Of a stretch of 64,000 bases of DNA, positions 10,401 through 18,812 are shown in pieces. Source of the stretch: Candidatus Pacearchaeota archaeon (GTDB lineage Archaea > Nanobdellota > Nanobdellia > Pacearchaeales > GW2011-AR1). The position numbers were made by a program, and so were the translations under genes. Each line of letters begins with the position of its first letter. Positions within the stretch are counted from its first letter, which is position 1. The DNA lies in the NCBI GenBank assembly GCA_041659945.1, contig JBAZXH010000001.1, positions 693,364-757,363 of the forward strand, written 5' to 3'. The notes under the pieces are model-generated. The model ran no database searches. It was not told the DNA's origin and was given only the letters and a program-made list of their open reading frames with translations.

Positions 10401-10875
10401 AGAAAGAGATTATGTTATCCTAACTAGTGGATCAAATCTTGAAGAGATAATTTTACTTAAGGGAATTAGTAAGCAAAAGACAACAACAAATGATATTTAT
10501 GAAATAGAAAGAGTTTTGGGAATTGAAGCTGCTAGACAAGCAATTATTAATGAGATTGGCAAGGTTATTAATTCTCAGGGATTGGATATTGATATAAGAC
10601 ACTTGAAACTTGTTGCCGATGCAATGACTGTTGATGGTGAAATTAGAGGAATGACTAGAATGGGAATCATTGCTAAGAAGAGTAGTATCTTGGCTAAAGC
10701 AAGTTTTGAAACTCCAATAAAACACTTTGTAAATGCAACAATAAAAGGAAGCAAGGATGAGTTGCTTAGTGTTATTGAGAACATAATTCTTAACCAGCCA
10801 GTTCCGGTTGGTACAGGATTACCTGGTTTGTTTGTTAAGATTACAGGTTCGCTTGCTGAGAAAAAGAAAAAATGA
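7453..10875 (+). CDS. rpoA: DNA-directed RNA polymerase largest subunit, A' and A'' regions in one ORF
   Basis: The active-site NADFDGDEMN (A' region) and the trigger-loop GEPSTQMALNVFHFAGV (A'' region) lie in one uninterrupted 1140-aa frame. Confidence 0.9.
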   Translation: MTSRKHVKALKFSLLSPDFIKRLSCAKIITPELYDMDGYPVDGGLMDLRLGAIDPGVRCRTCGGRLKECLGHPGSIELARPVIHVKYIPIVYTFLRSFCNTCGRILLDEENIKKLTPALRLKKAKDAKKCPYCGSIQEKIKVEKPTSFVLGKRRVFPPEIREILERVKDEDCKLVGINTQTFRPEWAVLTVLLVPPVTVRPSITLESGERSEDDLTHKLGDIIRSNQRLWENLNAGAPEVIIDDLWDLLQYHVTTFFDNTISRIPPARHRSGQPLKTITERIKGKEGRIRHNLAGKRVNFSSRTVISPDPSLAINEVGVPKEIAMVLTVNEEVTTMNLEYLKKLILSDGYPGANYIVRPDGRKKKVSFDLKQEIIEELKPGYFVERHLQDGDIVLFNRHPSLHRGSLMAHYVRVLPYRTFRLHPAVAFPYNADFDGDEMNVHVPQTEEARAEARVLLNVNNNLISPKNNTNLIGTISDAITGNYLLGKMDLSKADAQQLLFNSGVTADFDKKTISGKQIFLELFPKSNKNVNTMIMNNDLTSDYTFGVENDKIVKLIDRELGRDETMNIIRKAFALGTHYLSNRGFTISLEDLNVNEKTKKVTQEIINEGEEKTIKIVDDYKNGNLEIIPGKTLEESREIKILQTLNEIRTKIGKAVKNEFPEDNPVSSMIFSGAGGNILNITQIACSVGQQSLWAQRINFGYTKRTLSCFKEEDLSPKARGFIYSSYMNGLKPHEFFFNAITGRDGLMDTALRTPKSGYLYRRLANALQDLRVEYDGTVRDAIGQVVQFSYGDDGLDVSALHLDKQISSGEAIGIVTAQSFGEPSTQMALNVFHFAGVQEMQITLGLPRLIEIFDARKQPSTPAMEIYFESDYNDEKNAKVIAEKIKETKLKDITSEAKIHFSDKKIEFVLSDRMIKQTHMSIGTICEKLSTKEVKSNVKGDSIMFATPNLGFKEMYKLKERLKETIVSGVKGIKQVLIVKRERDYVILTSGSNLEEIILLKGISKQKTTTNDIYEIERVLGIEAARQAIINEIGKVINSQGLDIDIRHLKLVADAMTVDGEIRGMTRMGIIAKKSSILAKASFETPIKHFVNATIKGSKDELLSVIENIILNQPVPVGTGLPGLFVKITGSLAEKKKK

Positions 10876-11138
10876 AACATATAAGCAGTTTATGTAAAGG
10901 TGTTGAAAATGCTTTTAGAAGAAGTAGTCTTGGAGATGCAATTATTCAAGTATATAGAATGTTGCAAATGGATGTTGGTCCAAATGAAAATGAAAAATGT
11001 TATGCTTATCATCCACCCTTACATCAAGGTCTTACTGAGGCTAGCACAATAAGAGCAATTGAATGGAGAGCTTATCCTGTAGGTACAGGACCTCAAGATT
11101 TTGTTGAACCTATTGCAGAAGGTAGAAACTGGAAATAA
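10872..11138 (+). CDS. hypothetical protein (88 aa) in the position usually held by rpl30e
   Basis: ATGA overlap with the rpoA stop, ending 6 nt before nusA. No resemblance to L30e by eye. Confidence 0.45.
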   Translation: MKHISSLCKGVENAFRRSSLGDAIIQVYRMLQMDVGPNENEKCYAYHPPLHQGLTEASTIRAIEWRAYPVGTGPQDFVEPIAEGRNWK

Positions 11139-11144
11139 TTAACA

Positions 11145-11561
11145 ATGATAAAAACTATAGATATGAAATTTATGAGGTACATAAACCTCTTTTCAAAAAT
11201 AAGTGGTGTTTCGCCTAAACATTGTTTTATGTATAATTCTACAATAATTTTTTCTGTTCCATCTGTTAAGTTATCTAAAGCAATTGGTGAAAATGGAAAG
11301 AATATTAAGAAGGTTAGCGATATACTTGATAAGAAGGTAAAGGTTGTTATGGTTCCAAATGGTTTGGGCGATGCTGAGGGATTTGTTTCAACTATAATTT
11401 ACCCAGCTCAGATGAAGAGTGTTGAAATAAAGGGAAATCAATTTATAATTAACGCAGGCCAGCAAAATAAGGCAATGCTTATTGGGAGAAATAAGGTACG
11501 TTTTGAAGAAATGAGAAGGATTATTAAGGACTATTTTGGCAAGGATTTGAGGATTGTTTAG
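11145..11561 (+). CDS. nusA: archaeal NusA-like KH-domain transcription factor
   Basis: 138 aa with KH-type AIGENGKNIKKV and a second IGRNK motif, in the conserved position upstream of rps12. Confidence 0.8.
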   Translation: MIKTIDMKFMRYINLFSKISGVSPKHCFMYNSTIIFSVPSVKLSKAIGENGKNIKKVSDILDKKVKVVMVPNGLGDAEGFVSTIIYPAQMKSVEIKGNQFIINAGQQNKAMLIGRNKVRFEEMRRIIKDYFGKDLRIV

Positions 11562-11589
11562 TTTTGGAGCGGGTCTATTATACTAATCT

Positions 11590-11604
11590 AAAAGTTTAAA
11601 AAGC
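11590..11604 (+). promoter_or_regulatory. BRE/TATA-like box for rps12
   Basis: aaaagtttaaaaagc centred ~30 nt upstream of the ATG. The same box type recurs before many genes in the window. Confidence 0.45.
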
Positions 11605-11626
11605 GTTTTTTATTGACATAGATAAC

Positions 11627-12049
11627 ATGGGATTAATGAGTGCAAGAAAATTGATGAGTAAAAGAAGAAAGTTTAGATGGAGTGATAAAGTTTATAGTTC
11701 AAGAGTTCAAAATCTCTATGAAAAAGCTGATCCTCTAGAAGGAGCTAGCCAAGCAAAAGGACTTGTTACAGAAAAGGTTCAAAAGGAAGCTAAGCAGCCA
11801 AATTCTGCAATGAGAAAATGTTGCAAGGTTCAGCTGACTAAGAATGCTAAGATTGTAACTGCATTTATTCCAGGAAATTTAGCTCAAAGATTTATTGATG
11901 AACATGATGAAGTGTTAATTGAAAGAATTGGTGGTAAACAGGGAAGAACTAAAGGAGATATTCCGGGTGTTAGATTTCAGGTTATTAAAGTAAATGATCA
12001 GCCCTTGAAATTGCTTGTTCAAGGTAAGATAGAAAAGGGAAGAAGATAA
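11627..12049 (+). CDS. rps12: 30S ribosomal protein S12 (uS12)
   Basis: [15 protein letters not shown] ... [14 protein letters not shown] conserved uS12 blocks. Confidence 0.95.
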   Translation: MGLMSARKLMSKRRKFRWSDKVYSSRVQNLYEKADPLEGASQAKGLVTEKVQKEAKQPNSAMRKCCKVQLTKNAKIVTAFIPGNLAQRFIDEHDEVLIERIGGKQGRTKGDIPGVRFQVIKVNDQPLKLLVQGKIEKGRR

Positions 12050-12050
12050 A

Positions 12051-12227
12051 ATGAATAGACATGTTTTACCATTGAGTGCAAGCGCAAATAGTGCTCCTAT
12101 TGGAGAAAGATATAATTTTCCATTAAACTTACTTGAAAAATTACAGGATTCAAAGGCTAGAGTTGTTGTAGAAAGTGAAAATCCTTATCCAGTTTATAGT
12201 TATAAACCAAGTAAATTTGAGATGTAA
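12051..12227 (+). CDS. small hypothetical ORF (58 aa) filling the S12-S7 spacer
   Basis: The ATG is 1 nt after the rps12 stop and the stop is 2 nt before the rps7 ATG. Below the ORF-track cutoff, translated by hand (MNRHVLPLSASANSAPIGERYNF...). Confidence 0.35.
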   Translation: MNRHVLPLSASANSAPIGERYNFPLNLLEKLQDSKARVVVESENPYPVYSYKPSKFEM

Positions 12228-12229
12228 AA

Positions 12230-12886
12230 ATGACAGAACAAGAAATAATCGCTGAACTTGAAGCAAAAGAAGAACTGAAGAAAATTCCTAGTGAGGAACT
12301 TAAAATATTTAATTTATATGATGTAAATGCTGTGGTTGTTAGTGATCCGGGTTTAAAGAATGTTATTAGTGTGGAATATAAACTGCTTTTAAAATCTCAC
12401 GGTCGTGCTAGAGGAAAATTTGAAAAGACAACTGTGAATATTGTTGAAAGACTAATAAACTATTTAGGTGTTCCAGGGCATAGAGGTAAGAAACATAAGA
12501 TTATAACAAATTGGTCTTCTGGAAAGTATAATAGAAATGCAAGAATTGTTCTTGAAGCTTTTAAAATAATTCATAATAAAACTAAAAAGAATCCAATCCA
12601 AGTTTTGGTCGAAGCAGTTGAAAATGGTTCTCCAAGAGATGAGGTTACAACAATTCAATATGGAGGAGCTAGATATCCTCAAGCTATTGATTGTGCTCCA
12701 TCAAGAAGAATTAGTTTGGCTTTGAGAAATATTGTTCACGGATCTTATGATAAGGCTTTTAACAAGAAAAAAAGAATTGCAGAAACTCTTGCTGATGAGC
12801 TAATTGCAACATCAAACAAATCAGGAGATAGTTTTTCCTACACAAAGAAAAATGAAATGGAAAAGCAAGCGGATGGTGCTAGATAA
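12230..12886 (+). CDS. rps7: 30S ribosomal protein S7 (uS7)
   Basis: 218 aa with uS7 blocks (TTIQYGGARYPQAIDCAPSRR) and conserved synteny after S12. Confidence 0.9.
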   Translation: MTEQEIIAELEAKEELKKIPSEELKIFNLYDVNAVVVSDPGLKNVISVEYKLLLKSHGRARGKFEKTTVNIVERLINYLGVPGHRGKKHKIITNWSSGKYNRNARIVLEAFKIIHNKTKKNPIQVLVEAVENGSPRDEVTTIQYGGARYPQAIDCAPSRRISLALRNIVHGSYDKAFNKKKRIAETLADELIATSNKSGDSFSYTKKNEMEKQADGAR

Positions 12887-12955
12887 ACCTTTTAAAAAGG
12901 TTTCCAAACCTAGAAAGAAGAATGCCTTGAGATAAGATTTATTAAAAAACTATTT

Positions 12956-14959
12956 TTATTTTCTAGAAACTCCAAAACTTTCACCTTGATTAAGCATAGA
13001 TACTAAATCTTCTTGGAATGTGCTTCTTATTAAGGGAGCTCTTAATTTTAGTGTTGAACTTAATCTGCTGTTTTCTTTTGTTGGAGGAGAGGTATATAAA
13101 ACTAATTCTACCTGTTCACAGGGAGGTAACTCTAATCTTTCCATTGCGGACATTCTAGCTCTTGCTTCACTTTCAAACGCTCTAGTAATATTTGGATGAA
13201 AATAAAATTCTTCTGGATTGTCTGGATCGTATTTTACTCCAAATTGTTTCCCAATTGAAGGATATCTTGTTGGAACTAAATCTAAACTAACAATTGCAGC
13301 AGTTGCATTTCTTCCATCCTGGCCATCTACAAAGTCAATAACTGCATCACAAATTAAACCATCTCCTCTTAAAAAGTTGGTTTCTATTTTATTTAAATTA
13401 TGAAATGATCCATCAGAACCCTTTCTCATTTCTCCAGATCTTCCTTGAACTCTAAGATATCCCTCTTGGTCCATTGATCCTACATCTCTTACAGTCATAC
13501 ACCTAGTTCCAGGAGGGAAAACTCTCTTTCCAGCTCTATCTTTAAGATCATGAAAGGTTACCTCTTTAGTTGCTTTAGGATCTCCCCAATATCCTACCAT
13601 ATCTCCAATACTACTAAACACAATAATTCCTTCTTCATTAGGGTTACAAATTCTTTCTATAGGATGGTTATGCCATTCTTCTGGAGGAATATTATCTGGC
13701 CATTTGACAATTTGAATATTAACTCCTGGAATAGGTTTTCCAGCAGTTCCGGATTTTTTATGTTCGTGTGGGCCAACACTTTGTGCAGCAGATGCTTCAG
13801 TTGGTCCTGAACCGAGATAAAATGTATCTTTTCCTAACCAAAGATCTAAAGATCTTTCTAGTTCTGAACTGTGAAATCCACCCCCACCAATTGCCGTGTG
13901 TACTTGATCAAGCCCGGCAGCATGTAATGTTGGTTTTCTTAACACGTGTCTTACTAAAAAATTATAGGTTGGTGGAGAATAATGTCTTATTTTTTTTACT
14001 ATCGGTAATTTTTCATCTAATCCCTCTCTTAATCCAGAGATCATCTGTTGCCATGCTTTTGGAACACCAATTAAAACTGTTGGTCTTATTTTTGGAAAGT
14101 CTTTTTTTGTTGTTGTTTTATGACTAACCCATAATTCTCCTCCCAATAATGTTGGAATTATATCATAAACAAGAGCACCAAAAACATGAGCATATGGTAG
14201 GTAAACTGCAAGTCTATCATCTTCACTTAAATGACTTAAAGCTTCTAGAGCGTTAATTCCTGTTTGAAGTAATGCTTGGTGGGTTAACATTGCTCCTTTA
14301 GGAGTGCCAGTTGTACCTGAAGTGTAAATCACCCTAGCTAAACTTAGCGGATCGATATTTTTTATTCTTCTATCTAATTCACTTTCAGCTCCAGGGTTTT
14401 CTGCCAATGCTTCTTCTAGTGAAACAAATTTTATTTTCTGATGATGTGTTAAATCTTCTGGAACTTCTCCTGCAACAAAAACTGTTCTTAAACTTGGTAG
14501 ACTTTCTATTGCTGTTCTATGCTTTTCTAATTGTGTTGGTTTGCCAGGTAAATGTCTTGTATTATCAATAACTAAAACTCTTGCACCTAATTCTCCTACT
14601 TTTTGTGTAACTTCGTTTGATGTGTCTTCAGGATAAAGACTTTGTATTGCTGCATCAGAAATTAAAGTTCCTCTTTCGACGGCTAATGCTAAATTATGTG
14701 GTTCTAAAAGAACGGGTACAACACTATATTGTTTTGTTAAACTTTCTGCAGGGCCCTCATTTGCCTGAACACCTTCTGTAATTAAAACTTGTGCAAATCT
14801 TCTTGACAAATCTCTCAATCCTCGAAGAGTTCTAGAATGAGTATAATTTCCAGCTTGATCTTTCCATCTTTCAACAACATTATCTCCGTGATGTTCTACG
14901 GCAGCATCTAAAGCAGCAACCAAATTTCCGGTACGAGCTATACTTTCGTGGACTGGCAT
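12956..14959 (-). CDS. AMP-dependent synthetase/ligase (acyl-CoA synthetase-like)
   Basis: AMP-binding motif YTSGTTGTPKGAMLTH, GYWGDPKAT, and a C-terminal GR.GEMRKG block. Confidence 0.8.
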   Translation of the reverse strand: MPVHESIARTGNLVAALDAAVEHHGDNVVERWKDQAGNYTHSRTLRGLRDLSRRFAQVLITEGVQANEGPAESLTKQYSVVPVLLEPHNLALAVERGTLISDAAIQSLYPEDTSNEVTQKVGELGARVLVIDNTRHLPGKPTQLEKHRTAIESLPSLRTVFVAGEVPEDLTHHQKIKFVSLEEALAENPGAESELDRRIKNIDPLSLARVIYTSGTTGTPKGAMLTHQALLQTGINALEALSHLSEDDRLAVYLPYAHVFGALVYDIIPTLLGGELWVSHKTTTKKDFPKIRPTVLIGVPKAWQQMISGLREGLDEKLPIVKKIRHYSPPTYNFLVRHVLRKPTLHAAGLDQVHTAIGGGGFHSSELERSLDLWLGKDTFYLGSGPTEASAAQSVGPHEHKKSGTAGKPIPGVNIQIVKWPDNIPPEEWHNHPIERICNPNEEGIIVFSSIGDMVGYWGDPKATKEVTFHDLKDRAGKRVFPPGTRCMTVRDVGSMDQEGYLRVQGRSGEMRKGSDGSFHNLNKIETNFLRGDGLICDAVIDFVDGQDGRNATAAIVSLDLVPTRYPSIGKQFGVKYDPDNPEEFYFHPNITRAFESEARARMSAMERLELPPCEQVELVLYTSPPTKENSRLSSTLKLRAPLIRSTFQEDLVSMLNQGESFGVSRK

Positions 14960-15031
14960 CTTTATTTAGAAAGTTTGTTATTTATAAAGATTTATGTTTG
15001 TTTTTATGATAAAGATATTAATTAAAATTAA

Positions 15032-15319
15032 TTAGACTTTTTCATATGTGCTAAAATCAATTTTGAGTTTTGTGGGATCTGGTTCTCCTTTGTTTGATTT
15101 TGCAAAGAAGCGATAACCTACTCCATAGCCGGTTATATCTGCTAATGCTTGTTCTGGGATTTCTGACATATTAACATATACTGTTCTGTGTGGGTTCCAA
15201 CCTGGAAGATTTAATCCTACAACAAAAGCTTCTTCACCAATACATTCTACTCTCATTAAACCTCTCCAAGGCCGAGTTGTTGGAGTAAATCCGTCATCTC
15301 CACGTTTTCTACTTTTCAT
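15032..15319 (-). CDS. hypothetical protein (95 aa)
   Basis: ORF upstream of, and on the same strand as, the acyl-CoA synthetase-like gene. No motif recognised. Confidence 0.4.
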   Translation of the reverse strand: MKSRKRGDDGFTPTTRPWRGLMRVECIGEEAFVVGLNLPGWNPHRTVYVNMSEIPEQALADITGYGVGYRFFAKSNKGEPDPTKLKIDFSTYEKV

Positions 15320-15498
15320 TAGTTTGAATTAATTTTCTAGTTTATTAATTTTTATATGTTAAACTTACAAAAACCTTAACAGTAACCTTTAAAACATAAA
15401 AAATTGATAATTTTTTAGCCTTAAAGTTTCAAAATCATAACAGGAAACTTTAAAAACATACAAATTTTTTACATTATGTCACGATTCTTATAGATTGT

Positions 15499-15513
15499 GG
15501 TTTTAAATTAAAC
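15499..15513 (+). promoter_or_regulatory. BRE/TATA-like box for EF-2
   Basis: ggttttaaattaaac ~23 nt upstream of the ATG, implying a very short leader. Confidence 0.4.
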
Positions 15514-15527
15514 TAACTAAAAATAAA

Positions 15528-17717
15528 ATGGCAGTAGAGGAAAAAAAAGTAGCAAAAATTGAAAGGCTTACAGCTAATCAGTTGAATATTAGAAATATAG
15601 CTACAAGTGCGCATATTCATCACGGAAAGACGGCATTTACTGATAATTTGCTTGCTGCAGCAGGAATGATGGCTGCAAAGAATGCTGGAAGTCTGGATGA
15701 TGGTATGGCAACCTGGCAACACTCTGATGAGCAGGAAAGACTTATGACAGTGGATGCGGCAAATGTTTCAATGGTTCATGATTTTCATGGAGAAGAATAT
15801 TTAATTAATTTGATTGATACTCCGGGACATGTTGATTTTTCTGGTAATGTTACTCGTGCTATGAGAGCTATTGATGGAACTGTTGTTTTAGTTTGTGCAA
15901 GTGAAGGAATTATGCCTCAGACAGAAACAGTTGTTAAACAAGCTTTGAGAGAAAGGGTAAGGCCTGTTTTGTTTATTAATAAGGTTGATAGACTTATTAA
16001 GGAATTGAAAATGACTCCTGAACAAATGCAGGAAAGATTTATTAAAATATTTAAGGATTTTAATAAGTTAATTGATAGAATTGCTGAACCAGAGTATAAA
16101 GAAAAATGGCAGGTGGATATTAATGATGGTGGAGTTGCTTTTGGAAGCGCAAGAGACAACTGGGCTTTATCTTTACCATTTATGAAGAAGAAAGGAGTTT
16201 CTTTTAAGGATATTTTTAAGTTGTATGAAATGCCTGAGGATGAAAGAAAAGAATGGACTTGGAAAAACGCTCCTTTGTATGAGGTTATACTAGATATGGT
16301 AATTAAACATCTACCTTCGCCAGTGGAAGCTCAAAAATACAGAATTCCAAAGATTTGGCCAGGAGATCCAGAATCTGATTTTGGAAAAGGGCTTGCAAAT
16401 TGTGACGCTAAGAGTGAGTTGGGATTTGTTATCACAAGAATTGTTATAGATCCCAGATCAGGAAAGGAAATTTCTGCAGGAAGATTATTTTCAGGATATT
16501 TAGAACCTGGAATGGAAGTTTATCTTAATATGGAAAAGAAGACTCAAAGAATTCAGCAAGTTCTTGTTTATAACGGAATTAAACCTGAACAGGTTGAACA
16601 TATACCTGCAGGAAATGTTTTAGCTATTGCTGGAATTGTTGCAGAGGTTGGAGAGACAGTTACTATAAAACCACAAACTCCTTTTCAGGAAATTAGACAT
16701 ATATTTGAACCAGTTATTACCAAGGCCATAGAGCCTAAGAAAATGGTTGATCTTCCTAAGCTAGTTGAAGTTTTGAGAAAAGTTTCAAAAGAAGATCCAA
16801 GTTTGAAAATTGAAATTAATGAAGAAACAGGAGAAAATTTAATCTCGGGTATGGGTGAACTTCATCTTGAGATAATTGAAAATAGAATTACAACTGAAAA
16901 GGGTTTGGAAATTAAAACTTCACCACCAATTGTTGTTTATAGAGAAACAGTTACAAAACTTTCTAAGCCTGCTGAAGGACGTTCTCCAAACAAACATAAT
17001 TCATTTTTTATAACTGTTGAACCTTTGGAAGACAATGTTTACGAAGCTATTAAAAGTGGAAGCATTGGTGAAAGAAGATATAAGAAAAGAGACGATAATA
17101 TGTTTAAGAAATTAGCTGAACTTGGAATTTCAAATGATGAAATAAAAAATTATAGAGATGTTTACAAAGGAAATGTTTTTCTTGATGATACTAGGGGAGA
17201 AGTTCATATGGTTGAAGTTATTGATTTAATTCTAGATGCCTTTGAGCAGGTTATTGATGCTGGACCTTTATCTAGAGAACCTTGTATGAAAATGAAATTA
17301 AGACTTGATGATATAAAACTTCATGAGGATGCAATTCACAGAGGTCCTGCACAAGTATATCCGGCTGTTAGAGATGCAATATCTGATGCAATGAAAGACA
17401 TTGGTATTTCGCTTTTTGAACCATTGCAAACTCATTTAATTGAAGCTCCCTCTGAATATTTAAGTTCTGTTACTAAATTAGTTTCAAGTAAGAGAGGACA
17501 ATTAATTGATGTTCAGCAGGATGAAACAGGAATGCAAATTAAAGCAAAACTTCCTGTTGCAGAAATGTTGGGTTGGAGTTCTGATTTAAGATCTGCAACT
17601 GAAGGAAGAGGTATTAGTTCTTTGGCTGATCAGTCATTTGAAAGAATGCCAGTGGAATTGCAGACAGATGTTGTTAGAAAGATCAGAAGCAGAAAGGGTT
17701 TGAGTGAGAATCAGTAA
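15528..17717 (+). CDS. fusA: translation elongation factor 2 (aEF-2)
   Basis: GTPase G1 AHIHHGKT, DTPGHVDF, and the diphthamide-region HEDAIHRGPAQ. Confidence 0.95.
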   Translation: MAVEEKKVAKIERLTANQLNIRNIATSAHIHHGKTAFTDNLLAAAGMMAAKNAGSLDDGMATWQHSDEQERLMTVDAANVSMVHDFHGEEYLINLIDTPGHVDFSGNVTRAMRAIDGTVVLVCASEGIMPQTETVVKQALRERVRPVLFINKVDRLIKELKMTPEQMQERFIKIFKDFNKLIDRIAEPEYKEKWQVDINDGGVAFGSARDNWALSLPFMKKKGVSFKDIFKLYEMPEDERKEWTWKNAPLYEVILDMVIKHLPSPVEAQKYRIPKIWPGDPESDFGKGLANCDAKSELGFVITRIVIDPRSGKEISAGRLFSGYLEPGMEVYLNMEKKTQRIQQVLVYNGIKPEQVEHIPAGNVLAIAGIVAEVGETVTIKPQTPFQEIRHIFEPVITKAIEPKKMVDLPKLVEVLRKVSKEDPSLKIEINEETGENLISGMGELHLEIIENRITTEKGLEIKTSPPIVVYRETVTKLSKPAEGRSPNKHNSFFITVEPLEDNVYEAIKSGSIGERRYKKRDDNMFKKLAELGISNDEIKNYRDVYKGNVFLDDTRGEVHMVEVIDLILDAFEQVIDAGPLSREPCMKMKLRLDDIKLHEDAIHRGPAQVYPAVRDAISDAMKDIGISLFEPLQTHLIEAPSEYLSSVTKLVSSKRGQLIDVQQDETGMQIKAKLPVAEMLGWSSDLRSATEGRGISSLADQSFERMPVELQTDVVRKIRSRKGLSENQ

Positions 17718-17748
17718 GATTTAAAAAGTAACCTATTTCTAGAAATTA

Positions 17749-18093
17749 ATGAGAACTTTAACTAAAGAAAGATTGCCAGAGATTATTGAGAAAATAACTA
17801 AAACATACACTCAAGTAATGGATGTTGCTAATTTGAAGTCTACATCTCATTTTGGACATATGATTAGAAATTTACTTATGGATCTTGGTTATGTTAAAAA
17901 TGGAACACTTTCTTTTGAAAAACATGAAGAAGAGGTTAGAGGAATGCTAAGAGAAATTAATGATTACTTTATTGCTCTTGGAACAAATGATGCTTTTAGA
18001 TCTTACGAGTTTGATCCAAGCCATAAAACATTTCGTTTAACTAGTGAAGGTTTTGTGGGTTATACTAAAATGATGTTGCCAAGATTTCAGTAG
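17749..18093 (+). CDS. hypothetical protein (114 aa)
   Basis: ORF directly after EF-2. No motif recognised. Confidence 0.4.
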   Translation: MRTLTKERLPEIIEKITKTYTQVMDVANLKSTSHFGHMIRNLLMDLGYVKNGTLSFEKHEEEVRGMLREINDYFIALGTNDAFRSYEFDPSHKTFRLTSEGFVGYTKMMLPRFQ

Positions 18094-18126
18094 TTATTTC
18101 TTAGAAAAGTTTAAAAGTAGCATACT

Positions 18127-18720
18127 ATGGATTGTCAAATGAACTCAAGAAAATATATGCTAGGCGTTTCACATATGGCTGGCGAAGAGGAATTGGCATT
18201 AGAAATACTTAGACAAAATTCTATGCCAGAAGATTTAGTGGGTGTAGAAGTACAACCAAAGTTACTTCAAATTTTTAATGCCACTTTAAGTGAAACTTTA
18301 CAAAATCCGAGTCAATTAAGAGAAATACTAAATCGATGTAATACTCCTAATTCTTATTATTGGGCTAATTTAATGAGATTGTCTATTTTAGACGGTTTAA
18401 GATTAAGATTCTTAGCTTTAGATAGTGAGGAATTAATTAGGTAAGCAAGACCTTGGATACTTATGTATTTAGAAAGAGGTTTTGGAAATATGAGTGAAAA
18501 AGAGACTGATAAGTTTTTACAAACGGCATTTATCGCAAGAGAACATTATTTTGCAAAATTAATTAGGGAATATTCTCCTGCGGGGTTAATTATTGGAGGT
18601 CAACATGTGGAGTTTTTAGCAAAAGCTTTTCCAGATTATAGAATTCCTTATCAGGGTGGAACTCTTCCCATGCCTGCTGAAGTTAAAGAAAGATTAGGTG
18701 AGTTGAGAGCTAGGAATTAG
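18127..18720 (+). pseudogene. single reading frame broken by one in-frame TAA (105-aa + 85-aa halves); possible TraB/GumN/Tiki-like fold
   Basis: ORFs 18127-18444 and 18463-18720 share a frame (offset 336 nt) with one stop between them. The two halves carry GxxH-type motifs LGVSHMAGEEE and IGGQHVEFL. Confidence 0.35.
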
Positions 18721-18812
18721 TAATTAATTTTTAAATCTTTTTAGGCATTTCCCAATTTTTTGCTAAATTCATTAGTGGATTAGCTGGATCTGTTATTGGG
18801 GTTGTTTTCATT

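Noticed and set aside
4850-10880. Short ORFs antisense or out of frame within rpoB and rpoA (4850-5032, 5643-5927, 6413-6703, 6907-7131, 7942-8133, 10453-10725, 10575-10880).
   Set aside because: They are embedded in strongly conserved long CDSs, with low-complexity L/S/F-rich translations typical of shadow ORFs in AT-rich DNA.
10872-11138. Possibility that this ORF is ribosomal protein L30e because of its position.
   Set aside because: No resemblance by eye to L30e conserved blocks. It is kept as hypothetical and needs a profile search.
12464-16159. Shadow ORFs inside rps7, the acyl-CoA synthetase-like gene and EF-2 (12464-12682, 13218-13403, 13550-13810, 13768-14127, 15513-15722, 15917-16159).
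   Set aside because: They overlap better-supported genes and have no motifs.
17749-18444. 17749-18093 and 18127-18444 share a reading frame, suggesting one interrupted gene.
   Set aside because: The 33-nt gap contains several in-frame stops and a TATA-like box, so they are separate genes.
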